Shown: positions 50,907 to 63,742 of the stretch, piece by piece
How the letters are laid out: each line of letters starts with the position of its first letter
Position numbering within the stretch: the stretch's first letter is position 1
Virus record (IMG/VR): IMGVR_UViG_3300042317_000390
Location: 1 to 64,000 of that record
Source of the DNA: a virus
DNA length: 64,000 bases
Direction: 5' to 3' (one strand)
Notes under the pieces: model-generated
Told to the model about the DNA's origin: nothing
The model's input: only the letters and a program-made list of their open reading frames with translations
Database searches by the model: none
Program-made: the position numbers and the translations under genes

Positions 50907-53900
50907 ACCTGTATTCTTTATTATAATAAAATCGAAACGGTAGGAGTTTGAGATGATAGACACATTCACGCTCTGGGTAATGTGGTCTGATGACGGCGTC
51001 AATCACAGTGATCACTTTAGTAGTTTATCTCGTGTAGCGTTGAAGCGTTATCTCGATCATTTCCTATCCACTCGTAAAGTCAAGTCTTATGAAGTCTATG
51101 AGTGGTCTGCTAAGACTGGTAATAGGTTGGGCGGACATGGCATGTCGGAGTATACACGATGAAGAACTATACTGCTATGACTGACGAAGAACTAACAGCT
51201 GAATTCTATCGTCTATGGCGTCAAGTCATGTATTATATGGCCGCTGAAGGCAACTGGTCGTCTGAGGCCAAAGAGCGTGGTGAAGCTAAAAAAGAGTATG
51301 CGGACGTTGAAGAAGAAATGCGCAAGCGTGGTCTTTCTGCTGAGACTACATTTTAGGAGAGTAACATGTATGATGACGACACTCAGGACTTCGCTTTCGC
51401 AGCGACTATGATCTTCCTTGCCATCGGAGTGTTACTCTGTGGGCAACTTAACTGAGGGTAGTAACATGTATATCGTATCTTATTATATGGTTGACCGTGC
51501 TTATGGTGGCCCTGAAGAGGGCGGTTGGTGGTTTGACTACGGTATTCCTGAGCCGCAGCTTGATCGGTTCGCTCGTGGTTTCTCAACGGAGGGTGAAGCA
51601 TATGAATACGCTCGTCGTCTCAATCGTCATGTCTCTCCTATTCTCAACGAAGATCGCAGAGAGGTATCGTCAGTCCTTAGTGATGGTATCTATCAGGCGG
51701 AAGTGAGCGAGGGTTATCCTCGTGCATACCCGGAACGCACTCCGCACTACTGCTAAGGAGAGTAACATGGACGACCGTGTTAAAGAGATCGTCTGGGCGG
51801 AAGGTCACTACGCCTACAAGGATTTAGTCAACCTAATTGATAATCCATATGACGGCGTCAACGAAACATTAAAGCGTATATGGTATGACGCTTGGTGGGA
51901 CGCCTTCTATGAGGATCAATAATAACATCTAGAATGTTACTCCTGTATTCTATATTATTAGATTATAGAGAAGGAGACGATCATGTGGAATGTCTACTCT
52001 GAACGAGAAAACGGGCAAATTGTATTAGAAGCTGAAGATTGCGGCTCTGAGGAACTTGCGTGGGATGTCGTGGAGTATATGAATCACACTGAGAATTGTC
52101 CCTATCCTCTATGGGTAGAATTCAAGGGAGTCGTCAATGTGGTATCTTGAAGAGACTCGTGGGCCAATCGTCCTATTATTCAAGACTCACGCTGAAGTAT
52201 TAGCTGCCTATGCTAAGTGCACGCCTGACTTCGATGGCGTCATTCCGTGGGTTATCAAGTTCAGCCCTAATGGAGAACTGCCATGAAAGGTCGTCGCATG
52301 CGTGGCTCTGTAGGTTCCGCTACAGTCTGCACTAACCTATTAGGTATGGATGTAGTTATTGAGTTCGACTATGAGATCACCTGCGAGGCGATCCCTCAGT
52401 CATATGACGAACCATCCTCTCCTATGGAATACGAAACATTCTTTACGGGATTATATGAAGATAAACCTGGCGTCGATTATAAGCCCAAGGATTATCTTGA
52501 GACTCCCGCTTGGCTTGTAACTCTGCTAGATGAATACTTAAGCGAGAGTGACCGAGTTTATGATGAGATCGTGAAAGATTTATCGGAGTATTAATCATGA
52601 CTATTAACATTAGAGGTTCTATCAAATGCGTAAGTGTCGCCTATTTAGAGCGTGATATAGCTGTAGGCGGATTAACATGGGCGGTATATAATAGAATAAC
52701 AGGTCATATCGTGGCTCTCCTTCATTCAGAAGGCATAGCTAGGCGCTTAGCAGTATCAATGAATAGTGCTGATAGCTGCTATACTGACGGCTATGATTGC
52801 TGTGAATTATGGAGAGATAAATGAACGAAGAAGAAAAGAAAGCAGCCAAGATAGCAGCTATGGAATTGCTATTACAGCAGGGCTATATCTCACTGGCTAA
52901 GTTCATCGAACTAATCAGGAACTTGAAGAAATGATCGTATATGTCTGCTACTCCGATGAAGGCGTTCTGCGCGTGTTCTCTGATAAGATTAAAACTGAGG
53001 ACTATGCTGTTCATATGTATGAATTGGGCGGCTATGTTCAGGTGAGAAGAGCAGAGGTGGAGGAATAGTCATGGGAACTAATATCAATGACTATCTCGTA
53101 TATGGTCGTAAGGTCTTATGGGATAACGAGTTCATGGACGCCTATGAGAAAAACTGGGACGATCATATTATAAATGTTATAGCTGACGGTATGAGCGGTG
53201 AGTATATCGTTATTGGCCCTATTATTTGGGAGTCATATAATCATCGTTGGGATGGAGACTCTAATACTTCATTCTCAGATATTGATGTGTTTAATCTGCC
53301 TAAATTAGAAGCTGAATATAAACAAATGTTTCGTGAGGAATATCCTGAGTATAGTCACTGGGTAGATCAACCATTCACTCTTTTTGCCTTTACTCACTAT
53401 TCATAGGAGATATCCATGGAAAGGTTCGACACGGAAAAATTCTATTGTTTAGCCTATAATGGCGATCTAGTTGATATCGGTTATCATGATAGCTGGGAAG
53501 AAGCTAATCGCTATGCGGAAGATGATCTAGCACTACAGCCAATATGGGTATTCGGTGAGGAGTCAGCTAATCAGTGGCGCTCCGTATTAAACCAGTAGAC
53601 TGACGCTCGTGTTTTCTTTATAATAATAAAATCAAATAAGGGGGAGAACAATCATGACCCGCAAGATTTTAATTGAAAAGAACGGTGATTATTACAGAGT
53701 CATCGGCGCTGTATATAATAATGAAGAACTCATCCGTGCTGAGGAAATCGTTGAGTCTCTTGTTCTATGGGATGCTAAGCGAGTATTCTTCCTGCTACTT
53801 CCTCATTGGAAACACGTAGAGACTATTAAGACATATCACTAATTCCTACAATGAGCTTCGTGCAGTCACAGTAGGCGCATAACAGACTATAGGTCGATGG

Positions 53901-53922
53901 CTCGAATATATCTGTTAGATTA

Positions 53923-53959
53923 AAGAAAGTGGATCACCAACGGTTCACTTTCTTTTTTT
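53923..53959 (+). terminator. terminator closing the early-gene array
   Basis: AAGAAAGTGGATC/GGTTCACTTTCTT stem followed by T-run. Confidence 0.8.
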
Positions 53960-53969
53960 ATTTTATCCC

Positions 53970-54057
53970 TACCAACCTCAAGACCAACTCCATGACCAAC
54001 ATCATGACCTACGCGTGGACCAACATCATGACCAACATCATGACCAACATTGCGACC
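53970..54057 (+). repeat. 12-bp tandem repeat, 7 units plus partial, consensus GACCAACATCAT
   Basis: read directly from sequence. Confidence 0.9.
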
Positions 54058-54360
54058 TAATATGTATACTTAATAGCCCATAATATACTACATGAGGGAA
54101 TAGTATAGATGTATATGGGGAATAACATACATGCTTCGTAGCGTAGTGTATATGCATAGGCGCGTGGATAGGAATAGTGTAGGAATAGTGGATAGCTTCG
54201 CAAGAGTATACAGTGAGATAATTAATGATATTTTAGTGATATTCACGGTGATTTTTAGTGGAATAAAAAATGGCGAAATCTAAATGACTCCGTGGTTGTC
54301 TTTGCGTGGTTCACTGATATTTTCACGAAGACATCCAGAGTTTCACTATGCAATACACGA

Positions 54361-54494
54361 TGCATTTCACTATTAGTTTCAGTGAATTAATCATGTTTGC
54401 ATTCATGGAGAAATCTCATGATTCAATCCATATGTAATGCTCATGAATACAAGCCATGGCGCACAGTGCATTTCACTATTATTCTCAGTGAATT
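54361..54494 (+). repeat. two 28-bp direct repeats with internal dyad (TGCATTTCACTATTA.T.TCAGTGAATT)
   Basis: copies at 54361-54388 and 54467-54494. Confidence 0.85.
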
Positions 54495-54672
54495 CATAGT
54501 GTGTTATGGTGCAGTCTCAGCTCTCTCTTATATAATAGATTATGCATGGCTCAGTTGAAGCTAGTTTAAAAAGATTCCGAACAACGAAAAAAAGAGTTTA
54601 CTTGGGGCGATGTTAGGACTAATCTCTAACTATCGGCGAAACGGTTCGCTGGTCTTAACTGGAGTAGGTAAT

Positions 54673-55185
54673 ATGGAAAATATCGCTTTTGCCCCCGTGT
54701 CGTTTGCTGACTTCTCTGCGGCTGTTGTTGCGGCTGGTTATACGCCGGTTCAGTATAGCGGCACTGGTTATTATGTTAAGGCGAAAAACGGCATTCGTGT
54801 CGAATTTCAGAACACTAAGGGCGGCCAGTTTGGCGTTGGTTACACTAACCCGGTCAATAAGGTTGCGGCTGTGTTCGATGCGCTCCAGGCTAATCCTGTG
54901 GACGGTCTGGTGTATATAAACCGCATTACCCGTTCTTTTAACTATCGCGCCACGGATGTCGCTGGCTTCTTGAAACTGGTGGACGCTGTCGGTGCCGTAA
55001 AACTGCCCGCTAGTGCCCGTGAAGTCAACGCTGCTACCCCTGTGGCGGCTAAGCCCCAGAAACCCGTCTATAAGGTTGCTGATGCCCGCCGCGTTGATCC
55101 GGCGTCGGATGCAGGCAAGGCCATCGCCAGTGACGCACTCGCTTCCATCGCGCTCATCGAATCCAAGACGAAGAAGCGGGCATAA
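54673..55185 (+). CDS. isolated GC-richer hypothetical protein (start ATG 54673)
   Basis: GGAG RBS, own GTTTAC promoter and strong terminator. Confidence 0.7.
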   Translation: MENIAFAPVSFADFSAAVVAAGYTPVQYSGTGYYVKAKNGIRVEFQNTKGGQFGVGYTNPVNKVAAVFDALQANPVDGLVYINRITRSFNYRATDVAGFLKLVDAVGAVKLPASAREVNAATPVAAKPQKPVYKVADARRVDPASDAGKAIASDALASIALIESKTKKRA

Positions 55186-55200
55186 CATAGGCTTAACCAT

Positions 55201-55229
55201 AAGGGCGGGGTTCATCCCCGCCTTTTTTT
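55201..55229 (+). terminator. intrinsic terminator
   Basis: AAGGGCGGGG-TTCAT-CCCCGCCTTT-TTTT. Confidence 0.9.
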
Positions 55230-56630
55230 GGCCTTAATGCGTTCTCGTTTCGTTCTTATGCTTAAGCTGAGCCATTGGTGACCCACCCCCACACATTTAA
55301 GGATTCATGGTGAAGCTCACGGTTCCATCGCCCTTTAGCCACCATGGTTCACAGAGAGTCACTAATTCTCACAGAAACCCATACCCCCTCCCCCCACTTT
55401 TATATACGGAAACGCACTATTTAAATTTTTTTGCGCTAAAATTTTACTCCTTATAAACATCACTGTTCGGAGTGCTTTCACCACTGGATTTATTGTTTTG
55501 CGTTTCATCTTTCTTTATTATCTCCAAATTGTGTAAATCTATAATGAGTTGGATCATTTGTAGTTTTTGACGATCTGCACCAAGACCACGCCAGGTCTCA
55601 CTCTTTTCTTTTGCATAAATAAGGCGAATAAGGATTTCTTTTTCCTTATTGATATACTCAATTTGTTTTGATGACAGTTTCATTACCGAGCCTCCACGTT
55701 GAACTTCTTCTTGAGTCTTTCAAACTCTTCACGATCACGCTTTTCTGTCATCTCCCTATAGTATTCTTCTTGTACTATTCTCTTATTATATTCATCATCA
55801 GTTTCTAGACGTTCTGCTTTCAATACGATATGTCTGCCAAAACCATCGAAATCATCTTGAAATTCAAACATAGCATTAGAGCCATATTCTTTTTTCCAAG
55901 AGTCAATTTGATTACTAAAACTCTCAAGAGTTGCATAATCCATATCAACGTAAGTCTCAACAATATCCCATACTTTATTCTTAGACATCTTAGCTCTCCT
56001 ATAGCTTAATATACTCTATATAATTCTCTCTCATAAATACTCTATCTTCTGAGAGCATATGAATAATTGTGCCCATTATATCATATTCACGTTTATATTC
56101 TTTTAACTGACGCAGTTCATAGAGCTTCATATAGAGCTTACCAACAGTTTCCTCTATTTCTATCTCTAGCTGTTCAGCGGATTTCATAGTTCATTCCCAT
56201 AGGTCATAACTCTAATCAGGCGATATCTCTCTGTCTTAGCCTTTTCTTCGGTATCAAATTCCATATTAAGATTAGCCTCCATATTGGATAATACTACAGT
56301 AAAATAGTATTTCTCATTTGTATTATTATAGCAGATTTTCCCTACTAATACAATATAGTCTGTGTTAAGAGCTACACCGCTTTCGGTTTCAAATACGCTC
56401 ATAATGCAAACTCCACAAGCTTTACTATCTTCACAGCTAGTTCATTAAAATTCTTCACATACAGATCTTCACCATACTCATTATGAATAATAGCGTCCTT
56501 GTATATAATATCTTCTATTTTCTCTATGAGATCTTTTCTTTGATTGTTTTTATAATTATCAACATATTCCATACCTTTACGAACGCCTTCCTGTATAGCT
56601 ATCATTCTTAATGCTATACATACATCTGGT

Positions 56631-57254
56631 CTAATATTGACTATCATCTTTACCCTCCAATAGATTCTTACAGAGTTTCTTCCACCAGTCTCTTTGATTA
56701 TACGCCTTATCATGAGATAGTTCATGATAGTCATTAGCGATATATCGGACTAGCTTCATGTATTTGTTAGCCTCAGTGACTATAGTGTTAGCCATGCCTA
56801 TAGGATTACCGATATCAATCTCCATATCGGGACATAGTGTTGTTAATAGACCTATAGCCTGATAAAGCTCAGAAATTTCTTGTTCCTGAGATTTCATAAT
56901 ATCACTGTTTTGTTTAAACAGTTCCTTACTAGAAGCTACCATAGTCTGTAGTTCTTCGGTGAGAAACTGATATTCTCTTAGATCTTCCTCAAACTTACAA
57001 AGCTTATCACGAAAGTCCTCACGCTCTGCTATACACTCAGCATAATATGTATTGATCTTACTGAGTAGTTCCTCTAGTTCAGCGATACGAGTATCTTTTC
57101 GTTCCTCACGAGCGGACATTGCTGAGATTTCTAGAGCATGAACAAATCGAAGCTCATTAATCTCTATGCGTTGATTCTCATTATATTCCTCTAGTTCCTT
57201 CACTCTATTCTCTAGGAATATAATCTGTGAAGATGCGGGTGTGCCTCTAGTCAT
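56631..57254 (-). CDS. coiled-coil hypothetical protein
   Basis: ORF track; shares the DY.ELSHDK module with 7109-7510. Confidence 0.6.
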   Translation of the reverse strand: MTRGTPASSQIIFLENRVKELEEYNENQRIEINELRFVHALEISAMSAREERKDTRIAELEELLSKINTYYAECIAEREDFRDKLCKFEEDLREYQFLTEELQTMVASSKELFKQNSDIMKSQEQEISELYQAIGLLTTLCPDMEIDIGNPIGMANTIVTEANKYMKLVRYIANDYHELSHDKAYNQRDWWKKLCKNLLEGKDDSQY

Positions 57255-58776
57255 TCTTCTTCTCCAAGGCGGCGCGGAACGCTTGCGCTATTTCAGAACG
57301 AGGCATACCGTTTAATCGAAATGCTATCTCGCTGCCTTCGACCAATGCTTTGTCCCGTGCATCTTTCAGCGCCGCTTCAAGCTCCTCAATGCGGGCGGCT
57401 TGCTTCTCTAGCGGCGCTATAACATTTGGCCACGGGCGGTCACCGTAAAGCAGTGCTGCTGTCTCTTGAGCGCAGACATACATGTCAGACATAGCCCAGC
57501 GAGAACCTGTGTATTGATGACGTATTAAAGCGTCCCAGTTCTTTAGCGCTGCTTCCAACGCCGCATTACGGGCGCGTAAAAGAACCCTCGCCCGAATGCG
57601 GCTCTTTGAGTCGCGTTTTTTCATTTCTTCTCTCGCAAGTCGAGGTCTTCTTTAATAAGTGTGCTATAAGACTCTAGAATAGCACACCGCCATCTAAGAT
57701 TCTCATTCTCTTTCATTAGAGACTCATTCCCCTTATTAAGAAGATCCTTGAGTTTCTCAATCTCAGCGTTTAGCTCATTAATATGATTACGGCTGGCTAT
57801 AATGAGATCTCTCACTGCAGTGTGATTAGCTAGTTCTGGGTTGAATAAACCACCCATTACGAGATATTCACTGATTCTCTCAAGTACAGTCATTAGTTAA
57901 TATCCTTCAGAACACTAGGATCAATACAGGTATAGAGATGTTTTGTATGCTTACCTACTCTATAGGTTCTGTCTAGAAGTTCACCACCTGCTTGTTGACA
58001 CTTTAAAGTGCGTTCTTCTAGTGCCTTATCAGCACAATTTACTACATATACCATGAAACCAATAAAAACTAGTGTAAGAACAAGAATTGTCCCCATAAAC
58101 CATTTATCTTCATCATACATTATATTATCTCCTTTAGTCTACCAATTCACTAGACTTACCATAGAACACATTCTTCATTATATGAGCTGCATTTTCACCA
58201 ATAATCATTCTTTTTTCTTCAGGTAAGCTCACTACTTCTTTCTGTAGACTATCAAACCAATCATAGAAACCCACAGTCCAATACTTGTTATAAGGAAGTC
58301 TATATCTGGCGCATTGATGTTTTCGTGGGTAACGCCTTACCTTATGGTGCCACGTTGGGCGGCGACGTGCCTTCTTGCTCATGGATTCTTGCCTTTTCCT
58401 GATTCCATATTCTACGTTCATCAAAGTTAAGATAATATTCCAACACATGATCTACAGATCTAAGAAACTCATAGTCTGGATCTATTTTCTCTTCTGAGTT
58501 GTCAATCTTGTTGACTCCAGCGTTAAGTCTATAGGCTTCTTTGAGGGAATAGACTACCATAGTGTCTATCTGGTATTCCTCTAGGTTAACAACTACCTTC
58601 ATAGTGAGTCTCCGTGGTTCTCTTATGAAAAATTCCCGCTATTAGACTTGAGGATCTTGATGATCTTCCTGCAGTTATCTGCATTATAAACTGAAGCCCA
58701 ATACTCTTTGTCTTCATATGTGTTAGATGCTTTGTTAATAAAATGGTTTGCCATATCTTCTAGGAACTTGATGGCT

Positions 58777-59259
58777 TCATCCTTTGTCATCTACCACCTC
58801 TAGTTTATCTTTAATAACTTGCAATTTTACTACTGCTGTTTCCTTAAGATTAACATCAGTAGTTCCCCATTTCATATAATCTCTACCACCATCAACATAA
58901 GCTTCACCATATTCACGAAAGTCATGACGATAACGGGAGTATATAATATCTTCGCCAACTTGTAAAGCATCGAAAGGTTCAGTTGCTGAGATACCATTGG
59001 TGATCATAAAACGAGAACCATCATGATATAAAGCAAAGTAGTTTGAACCTTTCGGATGTGCTTCTTCTGTATAAAAGATAGCAGCTGGGAAGTTAGCCCA
59101 ACCATGCTTACCTTTAATACAAGACTCCATAACGAATGTAGCCTTATACATATTCTCAATTTTAGCGATACCATCAGGCTTTAGAAAGGTACACTCGTTA
59201 TGGATCTTCATTCGTCTATTTCTCCGTAATACCACGCATCCCAGGTGGCACCAATACAT
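58777..59259 (-). CDS. conserved phage protein
   Basis: YSRYRHDF...VDGGRDY motif; probable start at MKIHNEC. Confidence 0.65.
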   Translation of the reverse strand: MYWCHLGCVVLRRNRRMKIHNECTFLKPDGIAKIENMYKATFVMESCIKGKHGWANFPAAIFYTEEAHPKGSNYFALYHDGSRFMITNGISATEPFDALQVGEDIIYSRYRHDFREYGEAYVDGGRDYMKWGTTDVNLKETAVVKLQVIKDKLEVVDDKG

Positions 59260-60157
59260 CTAATAAACCAATCAGGTCCAAATATGAGAACACCGATGGT
59301 TAGGATCACTCCCAGAAATGCTAATATCAACCGTGCTAGGATATTATATACGATCGTCATGTTAACCTTTCAGATACAAGTCACTAACTAGTTGGATTTT
59401 CATTTCTTCTTCCTTAATGGAGTCCTGTTCCAGAAAAGTTCAGAAGCTGGAATAAGAATATAACTGTAACCTCTCATACCCTTGGTTCTATGAAAACTCC
59501 TAATGAATTTCATATGCACCCATCGTCTTTCAAAGTGTGGTCTGTGCCAATATGTATTAGTTTCCCAATACATTTCATCAGCTAACTTGTTTGGGATTAG
59601 TAAATCCCGCATCATTTCGAAACCTTTCTGCAATCCATTTCACTAAAGTTAGGTAAATGTATCCACTCATAACCAGCGGAGATACAATCCTTCTGTCTCA
59701 TTGTAAACAGATAATTAGAGTATGATATTCCTGCCGTGATTGCACATGTAATTGTTACGGCACAAACACATAGAAACATAAAGAACTTATCGTCAACACT
59801 CATCTTAACTTCTCCGACAATCCTTGAATGATCTTATCACCATAGTCTATTTTGTTACGAATCCTCTCAAGATCACTAGTGCATCCACCGTAGTGTTCCA
59901 ACAGAAGATAAAAGGCATCTAGGGTCTGTGAATTCTTAGCAAACTCTTCTTCCCAGTGGTCTGGTATCTCTTTACCAACAAATTTCTTCTGATCGTTTCT
60001 ATAAGACCAGTAACATAGCTCATAACCCTCAAGAATCAGAGAAATCATAAGCGCATCAACAGCTTCGTATGTCAGATCTAACTTAACGCTCATTTGTGTC
60101 TCCTATTCTTCTCTTATTATATACGAAAAAATAATTAAAGAAAGTGAAAAATAGTTC

Positions 60158-60186
60158 TTTACTTCATCGAATTGTAGTAGTATAAT
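60158..60186 (+). promoter_or_regulatory. early promoter at strand switch
   Basis: TTTACT-N17-TATAAT. Confidence 0.75.
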
Positions 60187-60422
60187 ACTCCTGTGGTTCA
60201 TGAACATAGTGAAAACATCAATGACACATCACCAACTCACTAGTAAACAAGTATTGAGTCTTCTCACCAATGGTTCGTTCAAGGACAATGAGGCTCATGT
60301 AGATGGATACAAGATAGTTATAGACAACTCACGAATAAAAGTCTATAGTAATCTTAAAGGTAAACAGACCTTCAACGAGTTTTATATCAGTGAAATCATC
60401 TACTTTGATGGAGACGATCTAG

Positions 60423-60695
60423 ATGTCTAAGATAATCTACAAATATAAGATCACAGAATCCGAAGATGTTCAAGTTGAAATGCCGAAAGGCGCACAAATC
60501 CTACATGCGGATATCATGAGTAATGGTATGCATGTATGGGCTTTGGTAAATCCAAAGCATAAACTAAAGAAAAGAACATTTAGAGTAGTTGCCACCGGTC
60601 AAGAAATCTCCGATTATGATAAAAAACACTATCACTATATAAAGACAATGATTGACGGTATCTTCGTCTGGCATCTTTACGAACTAATAGAATAA
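60423..60695 (+). CDS. conserved phage protein
   Basis: IYKY, MP.GA.IL, WALV.P, TG, FVWHLYE motifs. Confidence 0.7.
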   Translation: MSKIIYKYKITESEDVQVEMPKGAQILHADIMSNGMHVWALVNPKHKLKKRTFRVVATGQEISDYDKKHYHYIKTMIDGIFVWHLYELIE

Positions 60696-61403
60696 AGGAG
60701 AAGGGAATATGGAGTCATTTCCATATTTTTTCATTTTGTTAGCACAAGTAGTGGGCATATTTGTGCTAATACTGATGCTTTTCAGCATCTTTTTCGGTGA
60801 AAAGTGAAAAATCCTCCAAAAAACACTAAGTAGGAGAGGAAATCATGGAAAAAACCACAGAAAATGACGAAAAAGAGCGAAAAGATCGTGAATTTATACT
60901 CATGATGGCTGAAGAAGTGTGGTTAAAGGTCAAAGGTTATCCTATACCTGACTGTTATTCTGAAAAAGACAGAATAGAAATATTCGCAAGGTATTGGCAC
61001 AGGGCATTAGAAAAGGAACAATAAATGGCAAAGTTCAGATTTAGAAGTTTTGAGATTGAAGCTTGGTTGTTTGAAGGCACTTTAGACGGTGCACCTACAT
61101 GGGTTTTGGATAAGGGCGTTACAGCAGAGAATAATAATCTCTATATTCCAAGAACTAGCACAAATCAAGAGATTCCTGCTGGTTGGTGGGTATTCCTTGC
61201 TAGTGATACTCTATATGGTATGGATCCAGAAGACTTCGATAGACAGTATGAAGCTGTAGAATCATCTGCAGTTGTATCAGATACTGCTCCAAAGCCTAAG
61301 ACAAAGAAGACTAAAGCGTAATTCTACTAACATCCCTGGGTGAGTTAAAAATACAACTTTATTTTCTAATTGACTTTTAGTATCTTAGATTCGTTCGGCT
61401 TGT

Positions 61404-61477
61404 TCAGGGATAGTTCAGCGGTAGAACATCGGACTTTGACTCCGATAACCTTGGTTCGAATCCAAGTCCCTGATCCA
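61404..61477 (+). tRNA. tRNA-Gln(UUG)
   Basis: acceptor TCAGGGA/TCCCTGA, D stem GTTC/GAAC, anticodon arm TCGGA-CTTTGAC-TCCGA, T arm CTTGG-TTCGAAT-CCAAG, encoded CCA. Confidence 0.95.
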
Positions 61478-63058
61478 ACTAAGGTGCGGCAATGACTGTG
61501 GATTTATTCTACTTCCTAAGTAATCTTATGTTTTCGGTTCTCAATCTCTGGTTTGCGGTTAGAGGACCATATCACCGTTTCTCTGCTCTTTGTTTCGGCA
61601 TCTGCAGTGGAGCAACTATCGTTACTCTTTACACCATGGTGACGAAATGAAGACCGCTAAGAAACAACAGATTTCTCAGGCTAATTTATACGAATTCAAG
61701 CCAAGCGATGATATTTCGGTAGAAGATATCAAAGAACTATCTGATGTAGTTCGTGTTGGCGTTACAGGTAGAGTCCTAGAACTTCTATCACCGAATCTAC
61801 GAAAACATTTTATGGAAGTTAAAGATGGACAAATGGGAAAAGCTGAAAACACTGATTGATGCTGATTTATCGTATACCGTTCATTATTCTAGCGATAAGA
61901 ATTATGAACACTCTCAGCTTATCAGAGTAAAAGAGTGGATGGGACAATTAGAGAAAGGAGAACCCCAAAAGGGTTTTCTTTTCACTGATATACCAGAGTT
62001 CGATAAGTCTACTTGGAATCGTATGCTAACAGAACTACAGGGGTTATCATGATCGATGTTGAAATGTATAGAAATGCAATCTTAGCAGTATTATTCGTAG
62101 GAGCGTTCAATCCTAGAATTGCTTTTGCCATTTTAGCCTTCTTGTTTGCTGCGCATCACTGGCCTTTATTTTGATACAATATTTACCATTAATCCTCGTT
62201 TGTAATTCTTTATCTTCTCCTGCTTCTTGTAATGAGAATAATAAAGATATTACAGTCACCAGAGGCAAACCTCAACTTACTCCTATGGGCTGTTTGATCG
62301 ATGGACAAACCACCGCTGCTCAATTAGCTTTTTCTCCGAAAATAGGCGATACTTATTACGTAAAGATTCGTTGCCTAGCAAAGGAAATCAAGGAGTTAAA
62401 TAGATGACGGCACAGATTATATCTTTCCCAATCAGGCATACTATTGAGGTATCTAATAACAACTTGGCCGTTGCCAATAGTAGCGTTAGATATACTAGAT
62501 TGAGAGGGGTAAACGTAAAGGAACCAGAGACTAGAGAGGAATATCTAGAGATTTGTAAGTCATTTCTAGATCCTCACGACTATCAAGATATTCTCTGTGG
62601 TATTCTAGATAAAGAACATTATGATTGTCTAGAAGCTCAGTATAAAAGGGTCGTAGACTCATATTATGAATTTCCGAGATAATAAAGAGTTCTATCTTGG
62701 GTGGTTGTTCATTATCGCCGTTATCTGTATAGAGACGGCTGATAATGTTTATATTGTTCCCAAGATGAAGGCATCAACGTTACAGTCCAGCGTTGATTGC
62801 CATGATGATCAAAATAAATGTTGGATTATGAGGCGGCATAAGTAATAAAATGAAAAACACCAGAAGGAAGTTTTATGATGCTGGACGCAAGCATTTTTCA
62901 GGCATTCGAAAAGATGCCGCTGCCTCAGTTAGAGTTTCTAGATGACTCTAATCTTTTATTAAACTGTGTATTCGCTGGTCTTCTTGGAGGATCAGTTGGT
63001 GTGTTGTTATATGTTATCATAACTGAAATTGTAAGATATTTAAACGATTGAAGGTATC

Positions 63059-63457
63059 ATGAAACCTCAAGAAATATTCAACACCGTAGCCAAGCATCTA
63101 TTTAAGCAAGGCAAGAGATCTGTAGACGAACGTTTCTGCAGATATCACAACAATGATGGTTTGAAGTGTGCCGTTGGTATTCTAGTTTCTGAGGAAGAAT
63201 ATTTCCCAGAAATGGATATGGGTAATAAGACTATCAAGACTTTACTTCAACACCACGAAGATAAGTTTCCAACTTGGATGAAAGAGAATCTTGGACTGGT
63301 TCAAGCACTACAATCAGTTCATGACAAGCAGAATAACTGGGAATCGTCTGATAACATGTATAATGCTCTAGTAGAAGTTGCTAGTGCATATGATGTTTCG
63401 CCAGATATTCTAGAAGAAATTGACTTTGAAGAGGAAGAGGTCAACTATGGGAAATGA
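63059..63457 (+). CDS. conserved phage protein
   Basis: QE.F..V..HL..QG..S...C.Y....G.KCAVG, LQ..HD motifs. Confidence 0.65.
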   Translation: MKPQEIFNTVAKHLFKQGKRSVDERFCRYHNNDGLKCAVGILVSEEEYFPEMDMGNKTIKTLLQHHEDKFPTWMKENLGLVQALQSVHDKQNNWESSDNMYNALVEVASAYDVSPDILEEIDFEEEEVNYGK

Positions 63458-63742
63458 TTGGCAATACACTAATCAATTTTTCGAAGAAGGTAAGAATCAT
63501 TATTATGAGGGAGGACAAATAAAAGATTGTCCTTATAATTATCTACACGTTGATCAAAACGATGATAAGTTAGTACAAGTTGAACATTACAGACAAGCTG
63601 AATGGCTTTCTGGTTTCAGATGTGCTCATAACTTACATACATCTTCTTTAAACGTCAAGGCTGTTTGATTTAAAAAAATACTTTACTTTTATAAAAAAGA
63701 AAGTATAATCTCCCTATCGTTAACTTAACGTAGGTGAAAGTT

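Noticed and set aside
53970-54494. CRISPR or mini-CRISPR array
   Set aside because: The 12-bp units have no spacers; the 28-bp repeat has only two copies, 78 bp apart; no cas genes in the window.
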